Shown here in pieces: positions 21,232 to 32,988 of a stretch of 64,000 nt of DNA. The stretch is from Selaginella moellendorffii. Lineage: Eukaryota; Plantae; Lycopodiophyta. The translations under genes were made by a program, and so were the position numbers. The stretch spans positions 2,301,046-2,365,045 of the forward strand of contig NW_003314262.1 of the NCBI RefSeq assembly GCF_000143415.4, written 5' to 3'. Position 1 is the stretch's first letter; the number at the start of each line of letters is the position of its first letter. The notes under the pieces were generated by a model. The model was not told where the DNA came from. It saw only the letters and a list, made by a program, of their open reading frames with translations, and did not search any database.

Positions 21232-22182
21232 TTGGAGAAGAAGCGAAGAACCCTAAATCAAGAACAGCAAAATTACAACACACAAGAACGAAGAAAAAGG
21301 GTAGCGCCACCACCAAAGCGTATGTATGCACGCATCTACGCGCGCAAAGTACGAAAATCTCCGCACCTATCAATGTCCACGTTCGAGAAGATCAAATCAG
21401 TAAATAATCACAAAATAATAACTGCGACTTTTTCGTTTCCACCTTTTTTTTCCCATTTTTCTCACTAATATTAATTGCATTAACTCGTTTTTATATCGTT
21501 TTTAATTGCAGTTTTTTTCTCGCCATCCAACGATCGAGAACGCGGTCGGCGGCGTCCGACATTGATGAGGGACAACGATCCCCCGATCGCGCTGGTTTTC
21601 CCGTTAGCCCTTGATTGCCCGGGGCCCGGCCAATCGCGACCGTTGAGGTTTTAGGGTTCTTTGTGGGGATCAACGTCACCTTCTTGGGGCCACCACCACC
21701 ATTGTCTCTGCGAAACTAAACTCTAAACAACGCAAAAGGTCTGCCCTGGAGTACTATGTATGCAACCGAGGAAAGGAGAGAAGAGCGTCATTGTCCTTGA
21801 ATCGACGTGATCCATTCCCATGGTTCCAAGAACATCACCACGAGAAAAATATTTCCAATCTTTGCTAAATCCATCCATCCAGGACAAGGTAACACCTTTT
21901 CTCGTGGTTTCTAAGATCACGAAAGTTACAGTACGAATGTTTTACCACGCGCTTTTTATCATGAGGTGAAAAAAATAATCTCTCCTTTTGAGGCGGCGGT
22001 ATGTCAACGTCGTCAACGGAAAATATTTGTTTACCTCGGTCGATCACATGGGGTGAAAATCTCGAGACCACCGTTGACAACGACACCAATTCAAGTCAAA
22101 ACACCGGATGCCGTACCAAACCCCCGAATCGTACAACACGGAAGCATTTCGTACTAGTTAAGCCTTTTCTCGTCTTTTTTCT

Positions 22183-24147
22183 TCACGAGTACTTGTGCCG
22201 GTTCTTCTTTTGATCCCGCTCTTGCCACTCTCCTCGATCCTTGGAGTGATTCCGGCTCCGGTTTTCGCCGCCGCCACCCTGGTAGTGATAACTTCCGTGG
22301 TGATCGCTGCTATGGTGGCGATAATCCTGTCCAGACTCTCGGCTGCTACGATAGTCCCGGTCGCTAGAATCGTAGCGTTTCTCTCCAGTCGGCCGTGACG
22401 ATGAATGGTAGTGTTGCTGTTGATCCTCGCCCCGGCTTGGAGGAAGCTCGCCTTCCTCGGGCTTGGACCACTTCTTCTCGATCATCTCTCGTTTCCTCTT
22501 GCTGGAATCCTGTTGTTGTTGTTGCACTCTCTCCACTCTATCATCCAAGTTGCTGTCCGCAATGTCTTTGTGGTGAACTTCGTCGCGGGCGGTGTCGGTT
22601 TGATCCGCCACCCTTCTTCGATCGCCGGCCTCCCCCCTGGTTCTACTGTCGTAACCATTCTGAGTCTCGGGTACCTGTTTTGGCCGTGCTTGCGCCCGCT
22701 CCATCTCGTAGTGGCCATCTCTGTTGTTTTCCACCTCGCGTGGTGGAAGGGCGGCTTCTCGTCGCTGCTCCTCCGGCGGGAGGTGGCCGTTTGCTGCCGG
22801 CTCCACCCCGTTCCTGTCGCTTGCGTTTGGATCTTCCAGCGCGTCACTGCGAGAGTTTTGTCCCGCCCTGTTCTGCTCGTAGAGTTCCAGCATTTGATTG
22901 CTGACTTCTGCAAAAAAATAGGAGACGTGCATCCCTTTCTCAATACGACCATGAAAATGAAACCAAAAAAAATGGAAACTAGAGTCTATCAAAGTCGAGA
23001 GAACGTACCTTCCAGTTGCCGAGGCGTGACATCAAACTCTTGCCACCAAGCCCGCTCACCATCGATCGGCAGCTTCACCTTAAGAAACTTTGCAGCCAGG
23101 AAAATGGCACCGGCGGCGATGTGGTGTGGCTTGAACTGCAGGCAGAGCGATGTGCGTAGCCTGCACATCCCTTCCACTGCTTCATTCCCATCTCATCAAA
23201 GTGATGAAACAACACGGACTCCAACACTCCAGTCGAGACTGAAGTTCCTACTGGTGTGCGAGAGCTTACCCATCATTGACAAAGTTCCACGCAACTTGAG
23301 CCAGCGCATGTTGAGAGACGTTGAACTTTTTTATGGCGGCCACCAGCGGTCTGTATGGATGGTGAACGTTTAGATCGAATCCTAGTGTAGTGAGGACGAG
23401 GCGCTCCCCGTACAGCACAAGCTGCTTTTGTGCCTCGTACAAATCCTGGAGAGATTTTTCCACGCAGATTTTCAGCAGTAGCAACAGAGAAAACCAGTAG
23501 AGAAAAAGTTTCAGACCTTTTGCTTGATCCGATTATTTGCAGAAGGGTCCTTCTTATTCCTAAGAGTATAAGAAACATATATTACGTCTTTCAAGACGCG
23601 AGGGGTTTCTTCCACTTTCCCCGCCAAGAACATACACACAGTAGCAATCATCTAGATCGGTACGAAGCTTATCAGTATCAGCTAGGCGTCAACAGTAACT
23701 CAGAACTTACAAATCTATCGTTTCTTGCATGGGATTGCCGAAGATAGAAACGATGACAAAATGTAATTGCGGTGGCAATAGTCACCTGTGGGCTGCAAAG
23801 AACGAAAGAACAAGAAAAAAAAATCAAACCGTCAATGAGTGTGAGTGAGAGAAGAAAAGAAAGAAAATTCCGAGAAGAACAAGACGAAGGAGAAGAGAAC
23901 AAGCTTACACTTTTAGTCGCATGCCGAGGTCCTGTAAAAAAGTACAGTAGGACTTTCGAAAGTAAGTCTCTCTTCTCGAGTCGATTCCATCACGGAGCGA
24001 TGGCGATGTCCTGTCAAGTTCTTCCCTGGGAAAGTACCAATTTGTGCTGGAGTGGTCGGCCTCCTCGAGTTTGCCTTGCAAAATGGCCGACGAGCCACCG
24101 GCATCCAAATTCAACTGAGCAGGATCACCGCCAAGCAGCCCCGCCAT
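22183..24147 (-). CDS. CYCT1: Cyclin T1 (P-TEFb), multi-exon
   Basis: [113 protein letters not shown]. Confidence 0.97.
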
Positions 24148-24514
24148 GGACGAAAGAATGCAAGCGAAAATCAGAAAGGAATGGAATTCCCTCGGCTCCC
24201 TGTACAGCAGCTCGATCTATCTAGGCGTTGGAATCGGACGATTCTTCCCGAGTAGCAGCACTAAAACCTATCCCAAAATTCGAGGCGCGCTTACAGATGC
24301 GAGCCTGGATCGATGATGCCGACGCGAGAATCGCCAATGCCGCTGCGCCGAAAGCTCCACTGCCGCCCCCGCTCGTCACGAAACCCTAGCCTATACCTCT
24401 CCTCGACAAGATCTTTTTTAGGGCTTCTCGGGGCTAGGGTTTGTTTGGCGCTCGCGCTGCGCGATCTCTTTCTCTTGCGCTCTCTCTCTCTCGATCGATC
24501 GATCGATCTCCGCG

Positions 24515-24814
24515 ATGGATTGGAAGGGGCAGAAGCTGGCCGAGGAGCTGATGCAGTACATGCTGGTGGGATGGGCGATTGCTGCGTTCCTCGCCGGCTA
24601 CTTCCGTGCATCGTTCCAGCTGATGATGCTCCTCTACGCCGGAGGTGTGATCCTCACTGTGCTCGTCACCGTGCCCAATTGGCCCTTCTTCAATCGCCAT
24701 TCTCTCAAGTGGCTCGATCCAGACGTGGCCGCCGCCTCGATCAATCCGGTCAAGACCAAGGCTGCCGCCAGCGCTGCCGCGGCCGGGAAGAAGAAGGGAT
24801 CGCGGCCCAAGTGA
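24515..24814 (+). CDS. SPCS1: Signal peptidase complex subunit 1 (SPC12)
   Basis: MDWKGQKLAEELMQ, two TM helices, VTVPNWPFFNRHSLKWLDP. Confidence 0.95.
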   Translation: MDWKGQKLAEELMQYMLVGWAIAAFLAGYFRASFQLMMLLYAGGVILTVLVTVPNWPFFNRHSLKWLDPDVAAASINPVKTKAAASAAAAGKKKGSRPK

Positions 24815-24990
24815 GCACAATTTTCTTGCTTGATCCATCGATTCCTCTTTCTGGATCGATCGAGTGTTGTTCGTGGCAATAACAATGATCAAACTCAAGA
24901 GACTGTTTAAAATTTATTTTTATTTTTTCTTCTCAAAAGGTTGTTTAAAGTTCCTTTCGTAAAGTTTCCGGAAAGTCTGATGTCTGGCAG

Positions 24991-25046
24991 GAATATTCTA
25001 AGCTCCAGATGGTATATTCTTAGAGCTAGAATATACAGGAATATAC
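24991..25046. promoter_or_regulatory. Four GNATATNC (P1BS-type) motifs in 56 bp upstream of B12D
   Basis: GAATATTC 24991, GTATATTC 25012, GAATATAC 25029, GAATATAC 25039. Confidence 0.6.
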
Positions 25047-25099
25047 CGCGTTCAAGAAGTTCTATTAAAGGATTGGGTGGCCAAGGGAAAGCTAAAGGA

Positions 25100-25441
25100 A
25101 TGGACGCTACGTTTAGGAAACGCTGGCTCAAGCCGGAAGTGTATCCATTGGGAGTTTTCGTGATTGGCGCTGTTGGATTGGCGGCTTATCTCTCCGCAAG
25201 AAAGCTCATCACTGATCCAGAAGTGAGGTAAAAATCTTTTCTCTTCATGGTAGAATTCATGGTAATTCGATCTGTAAAAAGGGTGAACAAAGACGATAGA
25301 AAGCATGGACGGCTGGATAACCACAGCGAGGGAGAAGTCTATCACAACCATCCATTGCGAAGGTTCTTGCGTGATAAGAAGACGCAGATCATGCCCGGTC
25401 TCAACGAGTACTTTAGCAAACCATTGAATCCCTCGAAATAA
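25100..25441 (+). CDS. B12D: B12D / NDUFA4 (MLRQ) family small mitochondrial protein, 2 exons
   Basis: RWLKPEVYPL...RKLITDPEVR|VNKDDRKHG..N..EGEVYHNHPLRRFLR....IMPGLNEYFS. Confidence 0.92.
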
Positions 25442-25547
25442 AAATACGGCCACCCCAAACAATAATATGATTATGAAATATCTCAATGCTTTCTGAACAT
25501 TTCAATGCAAGTTCATACTATATGATCATTAACATATGTATTGGATT

Positions 25548-26906
25548 TTAGAGGATGAATTTCACAAGCTCGGCATAGAGTTCGTCTGTGACGAGCTTGT
25601 ACATGGCTTGTGTAGGATGCACCATGTCCCAAAAGACGTATTCGTTCGAATCAGCGCACACTGAAGTCCGGCCACTGCAAGTCTGCAAAACTGACCCCAG
25701 AAACTTCCCAGATCCACAACAAGCAACGTTCCCGTATCGAAAGCCTGCTCGAACAAAACCACCGATGATCAATCAATCAAATCTTTTGCTCGAAACGAGA
25801 CGAAGAGCTTCTCGAGAACTTACCGTGTTTTCGGGGGTCCTGGATTGCGCTGAAGAGAATGTCGTACGCGTTTGCGTAGAGCAGCCGGCTCCCGGGAAGT
25901 TTGGTCTGAAGCCCGGCGAGCAGCGATTGCAAGCCAGCGTTGAAGTTCTTGGCTTGATCATTCACCTCGCCAATGCAGGAGCCGTCCGAGTTGAGAAGAT
26001 TAAGCATGAGTGGCGTGCATCCGAGGGGACCAAGCGAGAGGACGACGAGCTTTCGAGCTCCCAAGCTGTAAAGTCGCTAAAGAAAAACAACCAAAGATCG
26101 ATCATACGTATCGATGTGCTTGTGATTTTACAGACCTCGAGATCTCTGGAAAGCGTGGAGAGGAGAAGAGTGTTATAAGACTCCGGGGAGTAGCGAAACC
26201 TCGCCTTTGGATTGTAGACGTAGTTGAAGAGATCGTTGTTCCCAGTGCTGAGGAGAAAGAGCGAGTTTGCGAGGAGCCTGGACGATTCCTGTGATCCCAT
26301 GAGTTTGTTGATGCTGGCGATGGAGCCCTCAAAGGCATCAAGCTGCTGCGACAGGGATACGGTCGTCTGGAAATCACGACAAAGCGACCAAACGTTTCAA
26401 ACTTTTCTCAAGAACAGTAAAGAACCAAACTTCCTGAAGATCCTGTCGCTATAGTACGTACCAGTCCTGTGCCATTAAGAATGCCGGAGCCTCCGGCCGC
26501 GAAATTGATCCCTTGGAAGAGCTTTCGCCCCTGCGCGTCCGGCTCGAGATCGTCAATTGGAGTGGGAAGCCCCAGAAACCCCGCTGATCAAGAGGATCGA
26601 TCAAAAAACTCCCGAGAAAGAAAGAGAGAGATAGAGGATGGGATCGATTGTGGGCTTACCCAAGAAATCTGTGGCGAGCTTGCCATTGGAGGCTCGCCCA
26701 GTCGGCCCCGGAGGAATGAAATCGCGGCCATAGGGAAGCTCTTGCGTCCGGATCAAATGCACGGTGTTGGGCCTGTAGTTGAGATTGCCCGTGTCCAGCG
26801 TCGAGTCGCCAAACACGAACAATGCGGGCACCAGGCTCGCGCTCGCTCCTCCCCACGCATTGAGGAGATACAGGGCCAAGACAAGGCGGTGAAGATTTTT
26901 CTCCAT
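25548..26906 (-). CDS. GDSL esterase/lipase, 5 exons
   Basis: Signal peptide, ALFVFGDSTLDTGN, PYGRDF..PTGRASNG, GINFAAGGSG, STGNND, GARK...GPLGCTP, YVFWDMVHPT. Confidence 0.96.
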
Positions 26907-27132
26907 TGGCGCTTTGCTTGGAAACTCCAATCTCCTGTTCTTCTTTTCCCTTTATTGTTCTATACACCTCCTTCGATTCTGACAGTCCTCGTTTAAAGAC
27001 CTGAGCAATGTAGGTGGGGCGCATTCATGGAACATTACATTCCCACGCAGTGTATGCCCGGGTCAAACATAGTCAATTTACAAAGTCCACGGTTGGTCAA
27101 ACACAAAGCTTGTCAATTAAAGTCAACCATGG

Positions 27133-27681
27133 TCAAACTTCTACACAGATCTTTGCCTGGCCTTTGACCACACCATTTCGTCCATACGCGAAGAGCACGG
27201 TGGCATTTTGGATCCCCAGAAAGCTTCGACCGCCGAGAGTTCCCGAGATTGGCATGATGGACGTGAGCTGCGAGAAATCGTAGGGGCCCCTCACGTTAAA
27301 CCGGGCACGAACGCCATCGCTGGTCGCGAGTGAGACCGTCCCGCGCAGCGAGACCACGGATCCATCTCGGACTGTCGGGTAGCTTCCTTGGTACACTCCG
27401 ATCTGGCGAGAGTCGTACTCGTAGCTCTCGGTGATCTTGTTGCTGAAAACTTCTCCATAGCCGTTTGGGAAAGGTCGCTGGACAAGAAATTGCTGGCCTT
27501 GAAAGGGCATGATGCTTTGTACCTGGGAAGAATTCGCTGGAACCCGGATTCCATGGATGTAGTACACCAAGTTTCTCGACGAAGGCGACCGTGGCAAGAG
27601 ACAATTGAGAAGATCACAGTGGCCAATCTTGATCATTGTCACAAAGATGGAAAAAGATGCAAAAAACAGCTTGAAGCACAT
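27133..27681 (-). CDS. Divergent secreted dirigent-like protein, intronless
   Basis: Signal peptide, then NLVYYIHG (cf. LxFYxHD) and GYGEVFSNKITESYEYDSRQIGVYQGSY (cf. FGxxxVFDDPLT....S..VGRAQGxY); beta-strand-rich remainder. Confidence 0.65.
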   Translation of the reverse strand: MCFKLFFASFSIFVTMIKIGHCDLLNCLLPRSPSSRNLVYYIHGIRVPANSSQVQSIMPFQGQQFLVQRPFPNGYGEVFSNKITESYEYDSRQIGVYQGSYPTVRDGSVVSLRGTVSLATSDGVRARFNVRGPYDFSQLTSIMPISGTLGGRSFLGIQNATVLFAYGRNGVVKGQAKICVEV

Positions 27682-27809
27682 CCTCTTGATCAAGAAGAAA
27701 GGAAAAATGATAGAAGCAAGTGATGAAGTTAGGCCGATATAATATCTTATTGCATTTACCTACACTTTTATTGACTTTCGCATTTCGTCACCTTATATCA
27801 ACCTCTTCT

Positions 27810-29058
<1,249 letters not shown>

Positions 29059-29266
29059 CTTAGAGATAGATGGTTTGAAAGTTTGATCGATCGATTGGAT
29101 CCATTTGCGTGGTTTTATAGCACGAATCGTTGTAAACTAGTAGTATTTGTGCATGGCTTTGGAGGACAAAAGAACATGAGGAGCGCCAGGCAAAGGTCGT
29201 GCGTTATATTTTTAGGTAGACCTAACCCTAATGCTCTGTACTATTTCCGTGCCCTAAAAGACCGGG

Positions 29267-29274
29267 GCGGGAAA
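29267..29274 (-). promoter_or_regulatory. E2F consensus TTTCCCGC about 45 bp upstream of the OTU-RPC9 ATG, with telo-box-like motifs nearby
   Basis: GCGGGAAA at 29267-29274; AACCCTAA near 29224; TAGGGTT just before the ATG. Confidence 0.45.
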
Positions 29275-29318
29275 ATGGCCACAGAAGCCCTAAAATCTAA
29301 AACCCTGTGCTAGGGTTC

Positions 29319-30938
29319 ATGGGCGCGATCGACGAGGACGAGGGCTCTTCCTGGCTGCGCCCCGCCCGGCGGATTTTCCAGGTTCCTTACATTGATCGCG
29401 TGCTGCGCAGCAAGGGGCTGCGCCGGATCGTGGGCTATCCCTACAGCGCCGGCGACTGCCTTTTCGATTCCGTGCTCTATCTCCTGGGCGAGGAGGAGGC
29501 CTACGAGAGCTCCGTGTGCCTCCGGCGGGCGATGGTGAGCTTGTACAGGGAGAAATTCCACCGCAAGGACCCCAAGGCGATGGAGTGGATGGAGAATTTC
29601 CTGGTGCTGGAGAATTTGCAGGAGCTCCACCCAGAGCTGGGGAGGATCAAGCTCACAGAGAAGGACGCCGCGCTGGTCTACTTGTGTAAGATGCGGCTGA
29701 GCGCCTCGTGTGGGGGGCTCTGGGGGGATCACTTCTGCGCATTTTGGTTGCAAGAGCTCCTGGGGAGGCCGATAGAGATCTGGCTCGCGGACACTGGGAA
29801 GATCTTGGGCGACGAGGAAGATCACAGTGACAACGTTATGCGGCTCGTCTACCATAGCAACTATCATGGGTTCTCGTTTGCTCACTACGAGCCAGTGGTG
29901 GCGTTCGAGCGGATGGAGAGGTTTCGCTGGAGCTCTCTACAGGTGATTCACAGGAAGAGATTTATGGAGGACGACTTGGAGGACGAGGTGCTTGAGGAGG
30001 AGACCGAGACGGAGAGTGACAATGACGAGGAGGAGGACGACGATGACGAGCCACCGCCGCTTCCTCCTGAAAGCTCGCAAGGTTGCTCTCGAGCTCCATG
30101 GCTTGAAGATGACAATCCCGAACGGCCGGATAGATTGGTGAGCGTTTCCAGCGCGATCGAGGGCGAGGAGATGGATGAAAGTGCTACTGCGAGAGTGGAG
30201 GAACAGGAAGTTGCCGAGACACTCAAGGAATTCTCGAGTGACATCAAAACGGCTGGCGGCTCCACCAATAAACTGCCGGGTTCTCGTCACCTTCAGCCGA
30301 AACGGTTGAAAACGGACAGTCCTTCTCTCGGTGAGTCTACTGTGGAGATTTCTGTCCGCCAGCCCGATAAGCAAGAGCCAACGGCAAGGAGAGAACCACT
30401 CAACACAAAAGTGTAAGTGAGTTTTCCTCCTTTCGTTGAGTTTGTGATGGATTTCTTCGTTTTTCCTGGCAGTCTCGAAGCTGATTGTGGCCGGCTGAGC
30501 AACTTTGAAGTGCTCGATCTTCTGCAAAGCAGGGATGGCATCAGCCAGTCGGAAGTTTTGGTATGCTCGCAACCCGCGGAGTCTGGATGTGTTTATGATG
30601 GTTGGCTCTCCTCGACAGGTCCGTAGATATCTCCTCCAGACCCCGGCAGCGTCGCAGAGCATCGAAGACTTGAGAAAACTTTCTCGAGAGCCACTGATCC
30701 GTCGACTTTGCCCGCTGGAACGCATCCAGATAGCAAACTTAAGGCCCGATCCAGTCCAGCTCTACTTGGTACGTGAAAGTTTTTCTCGCATCAGATCGGC
30801 TCTAAAGGATGGCTTTTTTTTCTCTCTGTTCTTCGCGAGCAGATTATCCAAAACATCCAGAAGAGATTTTCCAACGACGAGATCGATGCCATGGTTGCTA
30901 CTGTGAACAGATTCTTGACAGAGCCACAGAAAGTTTGA
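29319..30938 (+). CDS. OTU-like cysteine protease - acidic linker - RNA polymerase III subunit RPC9/C17 (Rpb4 family) fusion, 475 aa (exons 29319-30412, 30473-30560, 30619-30768, 30843-30938)
   Basis: Exon 1 has the OTU motifs GDCLFDSV...LRRAMV...WGDHF...LGRPIEIW...LVYH...HYEPV. Splicing gives KVLEADCGRLSNFEVLDLL...SEVL|VRRYLLQTPA...LERIQIANLRP..QLYL|IIQNIQKRFSNDEIDAMVATV, the RPC9/CRCP signature. All introns are GT-AG and in frame. Confidence 0.85.
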
Positions 30939-31267
30939 TCGATCTTCCCAAAATCACAGCGCCAAAGAGCCAAAGAACCAAAGTTCTGTGGAAAAGAGAG
31001 TTTTTATTTTATTTTTTTCATTCCTTGTACAGAGGAAGGAATTTATGTAAATTTCAACCGTTGATCATGGCCTGGATCCGACGGTGATAGTGGCGCCAAT
31101 TGGCGGCTCTACGCATGCATGCACGAAGCTTAAGCTTTGATAAGAAGGCCAATTGGACAGGAGAATGGAACCCCATCTGTTCTTCTCCCGCGTGTTCTTG
31201 AGGTAAGCGCTCTTCAAGTCTGGATGATCTTCGGGTGCGCTGATCGTCTATTCTTGCCCAGAATATC

Positions 31268-32988
31268 ATGGCTTCTCGTCGGATCTGCCTAGTTCTCCTA
31301 GCATTGCTACTGGTTCTCCAGGCCGTCGTCGCGCGGGGAGGATTCCGGCTCGATGCGGCGTCCAATGGCGATCGAGAGCCGCGGCATCGCGATCGCGAAG
31401 ACGAGGGTGAGGACGATGATCGCGAAGGAGGCAAAGATCACGATGAGGATGATCGCGAAGGAGGCAAACATCGCGATGAGGACGACGATGAAGGGCACAG
31501 CTCGAAGCACAAGGGCAGGAACCCATTTGTTCTTGAGAAGCCTGTGGAGATCGTGAGCACCGAGGCGGGGAAGATCCACGTTCTTCCCGGCAGGAAGGAC
31601 AAGGCTGGCGTTTTGGGATCGAACAACATTGGTCTAAACTTCATCACAATGGAGCCCAAGGCGCTCCTCCTGCCGCAGTACATCGATGCTCCTTGCGTCC
31701 TCTACGTTCTCAAAGGTTCTTGGGATCTTTTTCTTGGTCGAGGAGCTTCTTTTCTTCGTTTCTTTTCAGGAAAGATGAGACTTGGATGGGTGGAAGATGG
31801 ATTGAACCAGCAAGACCTTGAAGCTGGAGATATCTACGTGATTCCTGGAGGCCTCGTCTTTTACATCCTTAACACGGATGAGGCACAGAGGCTGCGAGTT
31901 TTTGGCATGTTCGACACCTCAGAAAGTCTCGAGACTGGAGTCTTCCAAGTAAGCTGATTTGCTTAGCATCATTGTTTTGATTAGAGGCTTTTCTCTGGCA
32001 GTCCGCGTTTGTTGGTGGTGGAACGAATCCACTGACCATTCTCTCAGGTTTCGACTCGGACGTTCTAGCTGCGTCCTTCAAGGTCAAGTAGCCTGGATTT
32101 TCCTCGAAACTTTTCTGAAAACTCTTTCAGGTGTCGTCTGAGGAAGTGATTGAAGTGCTGAGCAACCAGGACCAAGGTCCGATCGTCTACACATCGCAGG
32201 CACGGTTCCAGGAGCTTGTTTCCAGGAAATCAAAGAGCTCAAGAGCCTCCTGGCCCTGGTCCTGGTCCTGGTTGAACTACATTCCCAGCTTTTCGTCGGA
32301 GCTCTTTGACAATGGTGGCGTTAAGTCCAGTTCGCCTGCCAAGCCTTTCAACCTCTTTAAGAAAAAGCCCGACTTCGAGAACGACAACGGCCGGGCAATT
32401 ACTGTGGATGGACGCCAGTACGCTCCGTTGCGAAACGCTAGCGTTGGAGTTTTTGGAGTCTCGCTGAAACCCGTAAGTCTTCCGGGTTTCATCCGTTTCT
32501 CCACAAACCATTTTCCTTCCTTGTTTTTGTCTAGGCCGCTATTCTTGCTCCACACTGGAATCCACGAGCAGCCGAAATCGCTCTAGTGACCAAAGGCCAA
32601 GGCGTCTTCCAGATCTCTTTTCCAAACGGTACCAGCGCGCTCAACAAGTCCGTCAAGGAGGGCACAATCGTCTTTGTTCCTCGCTACTTCCCGATGAGCC
32701 AGATTGCTTCTCGCGAGGGTGCTCTCGAGTTTGTGGGATTCAGCACGTCGGCGGCACCCAATAATCCCCAGTTCCTGTGTGGTACGTTTGGTGTTTCTCC
32801 CTTGTTCTACGCTAACTTTGTGACGTGTTTTAGGTGCGAGCTCGGTCTTGAAAGCTTTAGACGAGGAGACACTCTCGACGGCATTTGCGGCGCCACCGGA
32901 AAAACTGAGGGATTTTCTCGGATGGCAAAAGGATGCTGTCATTCTTGCCGGATTTGTGGAGGAAGACTATACCGCCAGATTTTTCTAG
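31268..32988 (+). CDS. Vicilin/7S-globulin-like bicupin protein, multi-exon
   Basis: Signal peptide, acidic DDDREGGK repeats, NPFVL, FITMEPKALLLPQYIDA, GDIYVIPGG, PFNLFKKKPDFENDNG, APHWNPRAAE, FVPRYFPMSQIASREG.LEFVGFSTSA..NNPQFL; stop TAG at 32986-32988. Confidence 0.93.

Noticed and set aside
20365-21468. 367-aa plus-strand ORF
   Set aside because: Antisense shadow of the GC-rich intronless bHLH gene.
22405-23373. 322-aa plus-strand ORF
   Set aside because: Antisense to cyclin T exons and introns; no recognisable motifs.
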